Counted from the first letter of the stretch, positions 45,687 to 55,070 are shown. The stretch is DNA of 64,000 nt from Planctomycetota bacterium (GCA_046290465.1 JBKAGP010000001.1:32001-96000); one strand, 5' to 3'. The notes: a model not told the origin generated them from the sequence alone. Numbers and translations are program-made.

Positions 45687-47048
45687 GTGGTAGCGAACAA
45701 GGACGATGCGACGGCGGCGCCGAGCCGCATGCAGCGCACGGTCAAGGAGCCGGTCGAGTACACCGGCGTCGGACTGCACTCGGGCAAGGAGATCCACATC
45801 ACGGTGCGTCCGGCCGAAGCCGGCACCGGCGTGTCGTTCGTGCGCACGGACCTGGACGACCAGCCGGTCGTGCGCGCCCACGGCGCCAACATGAAGGCGC
45901 GGCAGCGCCGCACCTGCATCCAGGACGGCCGCGCCGAGGTCTACACCTGTGAGCACCTGCTGGCGGCGTTCTACGCGCTCGGCATCGACAACGCGGTCGT
46001 CGAGATCGACGGCGAAGAGGTGCCCGGGCTCGACGGCTCGGCGGTGCAGTTCTTCGAGGGGCTGCGCAACACCGGCTCGGTCGAGTCCCGCATGCCGCGG
46101 CCGCTCTACTCGGTCAAGCAGCCGATCTACGTGCGCGACGGCTCGGCCAGCATCGTGGCGCTGCCGGGCACCGGCAAGCTGACCATCGAGTACCACCTCG
46201 ACTATCCGGCGCAGACCGAAGGCAACGGCCAGAACGGCCACATGCCGGGCGCCAAGCAGATCGTCGCGTTCGAGATGTCGCCCGACAACTTCGCGCGCGA
46301 CATCGCGCCGGCCCGCACGTTCGTGTTCCAGCACGAGGTCGAGGCGCTGCGCGCGGCCGGCCTCGGCAAGGGCGCCAACAACCAGAACACGCTGGTGGTG
46401 GGGCCGGACGGGCCGCAGGAGAACACGCTGCGCTGGGACGACGAACTGGCGCGCCACAAGATCCTCGACCTGATCGGCGACATCGCCAACGTCGGCGTCG
46501 ACCTCGACGCGCACATCATCGCGACCCGTTCGGGCCACGGCCTCAACATGGCGCTGGTGCAGCGCATCCTCGAGGAGCGCGAACGCGAGCAGGAGCAGGG
46601 CGAGGCCCCGACCGACACCGGTCTGGACATCCGCGACATCCTCAAGCTGCTGCCGCACCGCTACCCGTTCTTGCTGATCGATCGCGTGATCGAACTCGAC
46701 GGCTTCCAGAAGGCGGTCGCGATCAAGAACGTCACCATCAACGAGCCGTTCTTCCAGGGCCACTGGCCCGAGCAGCCGATCATGCCCGGCGTGCTGCAGC
46801 TAGAGGCGATGGCCCAGCTGGCCGGCGTGCTGCTGCTGCGCAAGCTCGAGAACACCGGCAAGCTCGCCGTTCTCTGGAGCATCGACAAGGTCAAGCTGCG
46901 CGGTGCCGTCGTCCCCGGCGACCAACTCCGCATCGAAGTCGAGACCATCCGCGCCCGCCCCCAGGTCGGCCACGTGCGCGCCCGCTGCAAGGTCGCCGGC
47001 CGCCTGGTCGCCGAAGCCGAGCTGAAGTTCACCCTGGTCGACGCCTAG
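45687..47048 (+). CDS. lpxC-fabZ: Bifunctional LpxC deacetylase / FabZ dehydratase
   Basis: LpxC part: QRT..GVGLHSG, EHLLAA, DGSA, APARTF, HKILDLIGD. FabZ part: LPHRYPFLLIDR, FFQGHWP, PGVLQLEAMAQ. Confidence 0.96.
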   Translation: MVANKDDATAAPSRMQRTVKEPVEYTGVGLHSGKEIHITVRPAEAGTGVSFVRTDLDDQPVVRAHGANMKARQRRTCIQDGRAEVYTCEHLLAAFYALGIDNAVVEIDGEEVPGLDGSAVQFFEGLRNTGSVESRMPRPLYSVKQPIYVRDGSASIVALPGTGKLTIEYHLDYPAQTEGNGQNGHMPGAKQIVAFEMSPDNFARDIAPARTFVFQHEVEALRAAGLGKGANNQNTLVVGPDGPQENTLRWDDELARHKILDLIGDIANVGVDLDAHIIATRSGHGLNMALVQRILEEREREQEQGEAPTDTGLDIRDILKLLPHRYPFLLIDRVIELDGFQKAVAIKNVTINEPFFQGHWPEQPIMPGVLQLEAMAQLAGVLLLRKLENTGKLAVLWSIDKVKLRGAVVPGDQLRIEVETIRARPQVGHVRARCKVAGRLVAEAELKFTLVDA

Positions 47049-47242
47049 GTCGGCCGGGGCGCTGCTGCCTCGGCGCGAGGGCTTCGGGGTCGGCCCAGGC
47101 GCTTCGGAGTCGATGGCAGCCGAAGTCAGGCCGGGCCCATCCTGCGGCGGACGAAGCCTGGCGGCGGTGCGTGGCGGAGACCGCACCCATGGCAGGCGAA
47201 AGCTTGGCGGCGGTTGCATAACGGAGGCCGCAACGCGCGCAC

Positions 47243-47989
47243 CTACGGCGGCGCAACCGGAGCCCCGCCAACCGGCGACAGCAGCCCGTGCCGCCGCCAC
47301 CCCGCGCTGAGCAGCCACGTGCGGGTGGGGGAGACCGGCCGCGGCAAGCCCTCGATCCCGCGCGTGCGCACCCGCGGCCGGAAGCCGTCGAACCACGGCG
47401 CGCTCGAGTAGCAGTCGATCGGCCCGTCGACGTTGGGCCCCGTGCCGCCGTTGCGCGCCGAGTGCTTGTGGCCGTTGCCGAACACGTAGCGCAGCACGTT
47501 GCGCACCTCGCGCGGCGTCTTGAGCACCCGATCGTGGAACCGATCCGCCCACACCTTGCCGCGCCGCTGCCACAGCTTGTTGAGCGCCTTGGCGATCCGG
47601 ATCAGCAGCCCCTGCATGCCGCGCCGCAGCGCATCGCGCCCCTTGGCCTCGCAGACCATGTGCAGGTGGTCGTCGAGCACGACCCAATGCGTCAGCCGCA
47701 TCCCGAACCGATCGCACCCCTTGGCGAACGCCTGCAACAGCACCGCCCGCTCCCTCCGCCTTCGCAACCGCGGCAGCCCCCGCGCCACCCGACACGTCAC
47801 GTGCACGGGAAACCGCGACGCCAGCGCCGCCCGCGGCCGGTGGTCGACCAGCGCCTTGCTCCCGTTCGGCTTGCGCCCCGCACCCTTCCGCACCCCGCCA
47901 TGCCCCCGAAACGGCAACCCCAGCTGCCGCCCCTCACCGGCACCCCGCTTGCCCCTGCCCTTCCCCGTCATCCGACCGTTCTTCACCAT
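47243..47989 (-). mobile_element. HUH/Y1 tyrosine transposase-like nuclease (RAYT/IS200 TnpA superfamily)
   Basis: PVHVTCR, HUH motif DHLHMVCEA, VWADRFHDRVL, catalytic-Tyr helix LRYVFGN and CYSS; basic N-terminal extension; no tnpB nearby. Confidence 0.85.
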
Positions 47990-48003
47990 CTTGATTGCGC
48001 ACT

Positions 48004-48032
48004 AATCTACCCCAAGCCCCCAACCCAATCAA
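48004..48032 (-). promoter_or_regulatory. sigma70 promoter of the RAYT-like gene
   Basis: Minus strand TTGATT, 17 bp, TAGATT; the -10 ends 14 nt before the ATG. Confidence 0.6.
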
Positions 48033-48147
48033 CCCACCACCCCCAAACTTGCCGTGACTGTACGCGGTTCATCCTCCAACTTCCGGCACGCCCCAGACCG
48101 CCGCCACCTACCTCACACCGCCCCAATCCCAAACCCACACCCGCCCC

Positions 48148-48240
48148 CGTTCCCCCGCGGCTCCGTCCCCCTCGGCGTCGGCTGCGCCCTCTGGCGCCTC
48201 GCCTCGAGCCGACGCCGAGGGGACGGAGCCGCGGGGAACG
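48148..48240. repeat. Long inverted repeat (about 34-bp arms)
   Basis: CGTTCCCCCGCGGCTCCGTCCCCCTCGGCGTCGGCT ... AGCCGACGCCGAGGGGACGGAGCCGCGGGGAACG; the arms differ only by single-C indels in two homopolymer runs. Confidence 0.9.
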
Positions 48241-48489
48241 CCCTCGCCGTTATCGAATCCCGAGGTCGAGGCGCGTTCGACCGACCCTCGTGACCAGCCC
48301 CGTGGACTCGTCCCGTTGCATCGAGCCTCCGCGCATCGACTCGCGTGGCCGCTTCCGCCACGCCTCCAACCTCGCCACCGCTCCAACCCCGCCGCCCCTT
48401 CAACCTCCAACCCCGCCAACCCCGCCCCTCCAACCACCCCGCCACCCCAACCCTGGCCTCCCCAACCCACACCCGGTAAACCCTCCCCC

Positions 48490-49542
48490 GTGCCCACCGA
48501 CCCGACCTCGTCCCCCGAGACCCCCAACCCGACCCCCAACCCCAACCGCCCCCGCATCGCGGTCGTCGGAGTTGGCCATCTCGGCAAGCACCACATGCGC
48601 CTGCTCGGCGGCATCGACTGCGAACTCGTCGGCGTCGCGGATCCCAGCGACGAAGCCCGCACCTTCGCGAAGGACACCTACAAGCTCGACACCTTCGCCG
48701 ACTACCGCGAACTCGCTGGCAAGGTCGACGCGGTCAGCGTCGTCGTGCCGACCCGGCTGCACCGTGAGGTCGGCTGCTTCTTCCTCGAGCGCGGGGTCGA
48801 TGTGCTGGTCGAGAAGCCGATCGCGCGGTCGGTCGCCGATGGCCAGGCACTGGTCGATGCGGCGGCGGCCAACGACCGGATCCTCGCGGTCGGCCACGTC
48901 GAACGGTTCAACCCGGCGCTGCGCGGCATCGAGACGATCGGCAAGGCGGCGCGCTACATCGAGTCGCACCGCCTGGCGCCGTTCTCGTTCCGCTCGACGG
49001 ACATCGGCGTGGTGCTCGACCTGATGATCCACGACCTCGACCTGGTGCTGGCGCTGGTGCAGTCCGAGATCAAGTCGGTCGAGGCGTTCGGCGGCGCGGT
49101 GTTCACGCCGGCCGAGGACATGGCGTCGGCGATCATCAAGTTCGAGAACGGCGCGGTCGCGCACCTGACCGCCAACCGGGTCGCGCTGAAGCCGCTGCGC
49201 AAGATGCGGGTGTTCTCCAAGGAGGGCTACGTGTCGCTCGACTTCCAGGCGGCGACCGGCATGGTCGTGCGCAAGGCGCCGGGCTGGGACTTCGAGCAGC
49301 TCGACATGGAGAGCCTCGACAAGGCCCAGATGGGGGACCTGTGGAAGTTCGTGTTCGACGGGCTGCTGCAGGTCGAGAACCTGCAGCTCGACAGCGGCAA
49401 CCCGCTGCAGGAAGAGCTCGCCGAGTTCGTCGAGTGCGTCAGGACGCGCAGCCGGCCGACGGTGCCGGGCGAGGACGGCGTGGCCGCGGTGGCAGCGGCC
49501 GAACGGGTGCTCTCGGTGATCGCCGAAAACCGCTGGGAGTAG
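48490..49542 (+). CDS. Gfo/Idh/MocA oxidoreductase, GnnA-like (UDP-GlcNAc 3-dehydrogenase)
   Basis: GVGHLGKHH, VEKPIA, VGHVERFNPA and RSTDIGVVLDLMIHDLD; lipid A gene context; start uncertain. Confidence 0.8.
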   Translation: MPTDPTSSPETPNPTPNPNRPRIAVVGVGHLGKHHMRLLGGIDCELVGVADPSDEARTFAKDTYKLDTFADYRELAGKVDAVSVVVPTRLHREVGCFFLERGVDVLVEKPIARSVADGQALVDAAAANDRILAVGHVERFNPALRGIETIGKAARYIESHRLAPFSFRSTDIGVVLDLMIHDLDLVLALVQSEIKSVEAFGGAVFTPAEDMASAIIKFENGAVAHLTANRVALKPLRKMRVFSKEGYVSLDFQAATGMVVRKAPGWDFEQLDMESLDKAQMGDLWKFVFDGLLQVENLQLDSGNPLQEELAEFVECVRTRSRPTVPGEDGVAAVAAAERVLSVIAENRWE

Positions 49543-49611
49543 CGGGTCGCGCCCCGGCAGCGTCTCGAGTTGGGGCCCCAGTCGGACCCGCGCGCGCGGT
49601 AGACTACCCGG

Positions 49612-51183
49612 ATGGACGCCAAGCCAGCACCCGGCCCGTTCGACGGGAGCGTGCCGCCGCCCGACTTCGCCGGCATCGAGACGACCCGCTTCTGCAACCT
49701 GCGCTGCCGGATGTGCCTGCAGTTCAACGACGGCACGACCGTCGCCGGTCCGCACATGGAGCTGGCCGAGTTCGAGCGCATCGCCGGCTCGCTGTTCCCG
49801 TACGTGACGCGCTGGCAGCCGACGGTCTCGGGTGAACCGACCATGTCGCAGGGCTTCGAGACGATGCTGGCGATCGCCGAGCGCTTTGGCGTCAAGGCCG
49901 AGATGTTCAGCAACGGCACGCTGCTGAAGCCGTCGATGATCGAACGGCTGGCGCCCAACCTCGGCTCGATGTCGATCTCGTTCGACGGCGTCACCAAGGA
50001 CACGTTCGAGGGCATCCGCGAAGGCGCCGACTACGAGCACGTGGTCGGCAACGTCAAGCAGCTGATGGCCTACTGTCGGGAGCACCTGTCGCAGGACTTC
50101 CAGCCGCTGTTCGCGCTCAACTGCACGCTGATGGAGCGCAACATCCGCGAGCTGCCGGACCTGGTCCGGTTCGCGAAGTCGCTCGGCATGGACCACCTGA
50201 GCTGCTACCACGTGTTCCCGGTGACCGACGAGATGAAGCGGCAGTCGCTGGTGCACCACCGCGAGCTCGCGATCGAATGCCTCGACGAGGCGTTCCGGGT
50301 CGCGGCGGAGCTGTCGCTGCCGCTCGACGTGCAGTCGCTCGACCAGCTGACCGCGGCGACCGCCAACGACTTCGACACCAAGCGCAGCTATGCGATCAAG
50401 GACGGCGTCGTCGAAGGGCTCGAGCGGCGTTCGGTCGGCTTCGACCGGCGACGCACGTGGCCCGGCAACGACCCGGCCAACCCGGAGTTCGCGGCCGTGC
50501 AGCAGCGCCGCGCCGAGGCGCGCCGTTCGTCGGGCTTCCCGGCCCCGGCCCCGCAGGTCGACGGGGACGACGCCGAAGGGTCGATCTGGTACTGCGACTT
50601 CCTCTGGAACAAGACCTACGTGGCGATCGGTGGCGACGTGCGGCCGTGCTGCGTCGATGGCGTTCCGATCCTCGGCAACGCGGTCGAGCAGCCGTTCGAG
50701 CAGGTCTGGAACAACGAGAACTACCGCGCCATGCGGCAGCGGCTGGTCGCCAAGGAGCCGGCGCCGGCGTGCCGCGGCTGCATGCACGTCGTCGAGGTCG
50801 AGGACCCGGCCACGATCCGGAAGCACCTGCTCGGCCAGCGCGCGCCGCGGCCCGACGAACTGCCGGAACTGCCGGACGCGCTCGACCCGAGCAAGCGTCG
50901 CCGCCAGCGCAGCGGCAAGCCGCCCGAGCTGACCTGGCCAGAGGTCGAGGGCGCGCAGAACTACGTGCTGCAGTTCTCGCTCGACGGCTTCGGCTCGATC
51001 CTGTGGGCGACCGACGGCCCGATGGGCGGCGCGGTGCGCACCAACCGCTACCAGGTGCCGGTCTGGGCGTGGCGCGACGCGCCGGTCGACCGCGAGATCT
51101 ACTACCGCGTGCTGGCGCGGCTGCCCGACGGCCAACGCGAAGTGGCGAGCGGTTCCGTGGCGGCCGAGACGCTTGCGGGATAG
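49612..51183 (+). CDS. Radical SAM protein with SPASM/twitch domain and C-terminal extension
   Basis: CNLRCRMC, GEP, ISFDG and CDFLW...GDVRPCC...CRGC. Confidence 0.9.
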   Translation: MDAKPAPGPFDGSVPPPDFAGIETTRFCNLRCRMCLQFNDGTTVAGPHMELAEFERIAGSLFPYVTRWQPTVSGEPTMSQGFETMLAIAERFGVKAEMFSNGTLLKPSMIERLAPNLGSMSISFDGVTKDTFEGIREGADYEHVVGNVKQLMAYCREHLSQDFQPLFALNCTLMERNIRELPDLVRFAKSLGMDHLSCYHVFPVTDEMKRQSLVHHRELAIECLDEAFRVAAELSLPLDVQSLDQLTAATANDFDTKRSYAIKDGVVEGLERRSVGFDRRRTWPGNDPANPEFAAVQQRRAEARRSSGFPAPAPQVDGDDAEGSIWYCDFLWNKTYVAIGGDVRPCCVDGVPILGNAVEQPFEQVWNNENYRAMRQRLVAKEPAPACRGCMHVVEVEDPATIRKHLLGQRAPRPDELPELPDALDPSKRRRQRSGKPPELTWPEVEGAQNYVLQFSLDGFGSILWATDGPMGGAVRTNRYQVPVWAWRDAPVDREIYYRVLARLPDGQREVASGSVAAETLAG

Positions 51184-51202
51184 ACTGTTCCGGTCCTATT
51201 CC

Positions 51203-51428
51203 ACGGGAGCCTCGCTCTGCGCTGCTCGCGCTTGCACGCGGGCCATCAAGTTGAACCGATGACCATTCGCCGGGCTCCGACCCTGAGGGCCAAGCGGGAT
51301 CAGGAGACGTCGCTGTGCGCGAGCATGGCGGCGCCGGCCTCTTCCCAAATACCCCGGGGGGAGCCCACCTGAACCCAAGGGTTCAACCGGCCTCCGTCGA
51401 CGGCAGATGGCGGAGCGAGGCCTCTCGT
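51203..51428 (+). ncRNA. ssrS: 6S RNA
   Basis: Closing stem ACGGGAG-CCTCGCTCTGC / GCGGAGCGAGG-CCTCTCGT; 5' AAGTTGAACCGATG; 3' CACCTGAACCCAAGGGTTCAA, close to the E. coli 6S CACCTTGAACCAAGGGTTCAA. Confidence 0.8.
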
Positions 51429-51588
51429 TTTCCGTTCGGATCGGACACTTGCTCGACGCCATCGGCGTCAGCGGGTAGCCTGCGCGCACCGGCGCCGGCT
51501 CGACGGTCAGCACCTCCGTGGTCGGGGGTGGGAGCAGGCGCGCGGCGGTCCGCAGCGTCCCGTGGGGGGAGGCTGCAGCGGAGGTGAT

Positions 51589-52797
51589 ATGCGGCAGTTC
51601 CTGCTCGGCCTCATCGTGGCGGCGCTCGCCTGGTGGGGATATGGCAAGTGGACCTCGAACGAGGTCCAGGCGAAGCACGAGACCGATCGCGTCGAGGCGC
51701 CCGACGGCGATGGCGCCGACGTGCCAGGTGGCGGCACGGCGCCGGCGACGGCGAGCATCGACGACATGCTGGCCGCCGGCGGGGGCGACGACCTGCCGCC
51801 CAACCGCGCCGAGGTGACCGAACCGATGCCGAGCGACGTCGCCGAGCTGATCGAGCGCGTCAAGCGCGGCGATCGCGCCGCGATCGGCACCGCCTGGCTC
51901 GCGGTCGCGACCCGGCGCCTCGGCGCCAACCACGACCGCATCGTCAAGCTGCTGCAGCCGCGCAGCGAGACGTTCGAGGACCAGCTGGCGATGCTCGGCA
52001 ACCACAACGGCTTCCTGCGCAGCCCCGAGGGGCGCGCGGCCGCCGAGAAGGCGACCGCCGCCGCGATGGCGCTGCCGGACGCCGAGGCGATCGACGCCGG
52101 CACCGACCTGATCTACCTGATGACCTGCGGTCGGATCGAGCGAACGGATCAGAAGTGGCGCGAGGTCGTCGACAAGGCGCGCGCGCAGCACCGGATCCGC
52201 GTCGATCGCTGGTTGTGCAACCCGACCAACGTCGCCGGCGCGCGCAGCTACACGGTCAAGCCGGGCAACTCGCTCGATCGCATCGCCCGCAAGTACCGCC
52301 AGGAGGGGCTGAAGGTCGAGGCCGGCACGATCGCCGTGCTCAACCGCATCACCAACCCGAACGCGCTACGCGTCGGTCAGGTGCTGAAGATCCCGGTCGC
52401 ACCGATCACGGCGCTGCTGGAGAAGGACAGCTACGCGCTGATGGTGTTCGTCGGCGACCAGCTGCTGCGGCTCTACTGGGTCGGCCACGGCGCCAACGAC
52501 CACACGCCGGTGACCGAGTTCGAGGTCATCGCCAAGCAGTCCCGTCCCGACTGGACCGCGCCGGACGGCAACATCTACCCCTACGGCCACAAGAAGAACG
52601 TGCTCGGCGAGTACTTCATCAAGTTCGGCCACCCGAGCTACTCGGGCTTCGGCGCGCACGGCACCACCGAGCCGCAGACGATCTGCACGCAGGCGTCGAT
52701 GGGCTGCATCCGGATGTTCGACAAGGACATCCACGAGCTGTTCCACCTACTCCCCCGCGGCGCCAAGGTCGTCGTCCGCGACACCGCCGTCCGCTAG
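51589..52797 (+). CDS. LysM-containing L,D-transpeptidase (YkuD family)
   Basis: GGAGGTGA SD; N-terminal TM; LysM YTVKPGNSLDRIA...LRVGQVLKIP; catalytic HGT...SMGCIRM. Confidence 0.9.
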   Translation: MRQFLLGLIVAALAWWGYGKWTSNEVQAKHETDRVEAPDGDGADVPGGGTAPATASIDDMLAAGGGDDLPPNRAEVTEPMPSDVAELIERVKRGDRAAIGTAWLAVATRRLGANHDRIVKLLQPRSETFEDQLAMLGNHNGFLRSPEGRAAAEKATAAAMALPDAEAIDAGTDLIYLMTCGRIERTDQKWREVVDKARAQHRIRVDRWLCNPTNVAGARSYTVKPGNSLDRIARKYRQEGLKVEAGTIAVLNRITNPNALRVGQVLKIPVAPITALLEKDSYALMVFVGDQLLRLYWVGHGANDHTPVTEFEVIAKQSRPDWTAPDGNIYPYGHKKNVLGEYFIKFGHPSYSGFGAHGTTEPQTICTQASMGCIRMFDKDIHELFHLLPRGAKVVVRDTAVR

Positions 52798-52807
52798 TTG
52801 CGGTACG

Positions 52808-52875
52808 GTACCTGGTTCATCCTCCAACATTCGCGAGCGCCAGCGCTCGCGAATGTTGGAGGATGAACCAGGTAC
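52808..52875. repeat. Perfect 33-bp-arm palindrome (REPIN-like) between convergent genes
   Basis: GTACCTGGTTCATCCTCCAACATTCGCGAGCGC-CA-GCGCTCGCGAATGTTGGAGGATGAACCAGGTAC. Confidence 0.95.
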
Positions 52876-52880
52876 GCAAC

Positions 52881-53558
52881 TCAGTTGCCTTCGGTGAGTT
52901 GGTCGAGGGTGCGGATCTTCCATTCGCGGCGGACGCCGAGGGACTCGACGTTGGCGATCGGGATCTCGTCGATGTTGCTGTGCAGCACGTTCTGCGGCAG
53001 CAGCGATACGAACGAACGGTCCTCCTCGGCCTCGGCGTCGAGGTCGATGCGGACCGTGCCGGTCAGGTTGTCGAGGCGGTGGCCGAAGCGGGCCTCCCGC
53101 TCGTCCGGAGTCAGGTCGGCTCCGGGGCGCCGGTAGCGGAGCTCCCAGTAGGTCTGCCGCACCAGGCCGATCTGCAGCGGCGTGCCCTCGACGTCGACGA
53201 CGATCGTCGCGTTGCTGCCCTGCTCGTCGATGCGGGCCGGCGGCACCTCGGCGTAGCCGGCGACGTGCAGGTAGGGATACTGCTCCTTGATCTTCGCCCA
53301 CGCGAGCTGGAGCGCCAGGCCGTCGATGCCCATCTGCCTGCGCAGGTCGTCCGACAGCGCGTCGTAGACGATCTGCGGCTCGTCGCGCCGCAGCGCCTCC
53401 AGCAGGGTGCGCGTCGCCAGCTCGGGCGTGCGGAAGTCGATCGACACCCACGGCGACTTGTCCGGGCCGCACCAGGCCCGCGCGATCGAGCAGCATCCGG
53501 TCAGCGGCAGCGCGGTGGCGCAGAGCAACGACAAGGCCAAGGGTCGCATCGGCTGCAT
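52881..53558 (-). CDS. Putative lipoprotein
   Basis: Lipobox-like LPLTGC; NTF2-like TPE...YDALS pattern. Confidence 0.7.
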   Translation of the reverse strand: MQPMRPLALSLLCATALPLTGCCSIARAWCGPDKSPWVSIDFRTPELATRTLLEALRRDEPQIVYDALSDDLRRQMGIDGLALQLAWAKIKEQYPYLHVAGYAEVPPARIDEQGSNATIVVDVEGTPLQIGLVRQTYWELRYRRPGADLTPDEREARFGHRLDNLTGTVRIDLDAEAEEDRSFVSLLPQNVLHSNIDEIPIANVESLGVRREWKIRTLDQLTEGN

Positions 53559-53719
53559 CGTGGGGGACTTGGACGCGCGATGCCACCGTCGCCTGGGCGC
53601 CGTGCCGGTAGATCGTCCCGACCTGGGCTCGCTGTTTGTGGATCGGGAGTTTTCCGTTGCCGAGATAGCTATAGTGCTCGCCCGAACTCGCCGTCCTCGA
53701 CTCTGAACCCGCGACGACC

Positions 53720-54931
53720 ATGAATTCCATCATCCGTAACCTCGGTATCGCCGCCGCTCTGGCGCTCCCCGCCCTCGGCCAGGAGGCCGCCAAGAAGCCG
53801 GCCAAGGCCGACCTGCAGATCAAGAAGTCGCAGGTCGACGAGGCGCGGCAGACGCCCCAGGACCACATCCCGCGGCCCGGCACCGGCGGCCAGAAGGCCT
53901 CGGGCGGCAACACCTGGTTCCCGGTGACGGTGCGCGAGCTGGGCACGTTCTACGGCTCGGGTGAGGCGGTCGGCACGTTCCAGTTCGAGAACCCGCAGGA
54001 CACGTCGGTCGACTGGGTCGCGCTGACTCCGAGCTGCCAGTGCGCCAGCGCCGAGATCACCATCGGCGACCGCATCTACAAGGTCATCGCCAAGCCGCAG
54101 AAGCGCCTGGTGCGCGTCACGCGCCGCGCGGGCCAGCCCGACAAGCTCGAGAACGTCGCCAAGATCACGATCGGCCCGAAGGAGAAGGGCACGGTCGAGA
54201 CGCGCCTCGACATGAACAAGATCACCGGCGGCAAGCACGCGACGCTGGACATCCACACGACCGACCCGGTCGAGCCGCACTCCAAGCTGACGTTCCGTGC
54301 CACCGGCGCCCAGCTGTTCGCGGTCTCGCCCAAGGAGGTCAATCTCAACAAGATGACCTGGAACGAGACCCGTGAGTTCACGGTCACGGTCTCGTCGACG
54401 ATGCAGAAGCAGTGGGAGATCCTGTCGGTCGACAAGCCGTCGGACGCCTTCGACGTGAAGTGGGAGAAGGTGCAGAACGGCGAGCACACGTCCTACCGCA
54501 TCAGCGGCAAGTACGGCCCGGTCAACTCGGAGGTCGGCGGTGGCGGCATGCTGAAGTTCCGCACCAACGTCAACAACGGCGCGACCTTCAACGTGCGCGT
54601 GCTGGCGTTCGTGCAGGGCCCGCTCGACGTCAAGCCGGGTGGCTTCCTGACACTCGGCCTGATCCGCAAGGGCAAGCCGATCAAGAAGTCGATCACCTTC
54701 ACGCCCAACGACGGCACCGAGCTGAAGGCGACCGAGATGCTGTTCGAGAAGATGACCCTCAAGCAGGAGTTCATCACCGCGACGCAGCGCAAGGAAGGCA
54801 ACAACCTGGTGGTCGAGCTGTCGGTCGCCGACAACGCCCCGACCGGCCTGGTCAAGGGCGAGCTGGTCGTCAAGCTGAACCACCCGCTGATCAAGGAGAA
54901 GCGGATCATGTTCAACGGCTTCGTCCGATAG
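53720..54931 (+). CDS. Exported Ig-like (DUF1573-type) protein
   Basis: Signal peptide; FQFEN...PSCQCASA...IGPKEKG pattern; strong codon bias. Confidence 0.75.
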   Translation: MNSIIRNLGIAAALALPALGQEAAKKPAKADLQIKKSQVDEARQTPQDHIPRPGTGGQKASGGNTWFPVTVRELGTFYGSGEAVGTFQFENPQDTSVDWVALTPSCQCASAEITIGDRIYKVIAKPQKRLVRVTRRAGQPDKLENVAKITIGPKEKGTVETRLDMNKITGGKHATLDIHTTDPVEPHSKLTFRATGAQLFAVSPKEVNLNKMTWNETREFTVTVSSTMQKQWEILSVDKPSDAFDVKWEKVQNGEHTSYRISGKYGPVNSEVGGGGMLKFRTNVNNGATFNVRVLAFVQGPLDVKPGGFLTLGLIRKGKPIKKSITFTPNDGTELKATEMLFEKMTLKQEFITATQRKEGNNLVVELSVADNAPTGLVKGELVVKLNHPLIKEKRIMFNGFVR

Positions 54932-55031
54932 AGGCGTAGCCGGCGCCAGGTGATGGTGCCGGCGATGGCGCCGGACGATGGCGCAGATGCTGCCTGTCGA
55001 CCCGCGAGTCGACGGGTAACGGCTCCACCTG

Positions 55032-55070
55032 ACGGGGAGGAAGGGACGCGCATCCCTTCCTCCCCGTTTG
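55032..55070 (+). terminator. 15-bp stem hairpin, probable terminator
   Basis: ACGGGGAGGAAGGGA-CGCGCA-TCCCTTCCTCCCCGT followed by a short T tract. Confidence 0.6.

Noticed and set aside
47243..47989. IS605/IS200 element with TnpB or an RNA-guided nuclease
   Set aside because: No tnpB or iscB ORF is adjacent; only the stand-alone HUH gene is present.
48148..48240. GTTCCCCGCG resemblance to type I-E CRISPR repeats
   Set aside because: Only two copies, in inverted orientation, forming one hairpin; there is no array.
54940..55012. GATGGYGCC short repeats and a GTCGAC palindrome after the Ig-like gene
   Set aside because: Irregular spacing and short length; no supportable function.
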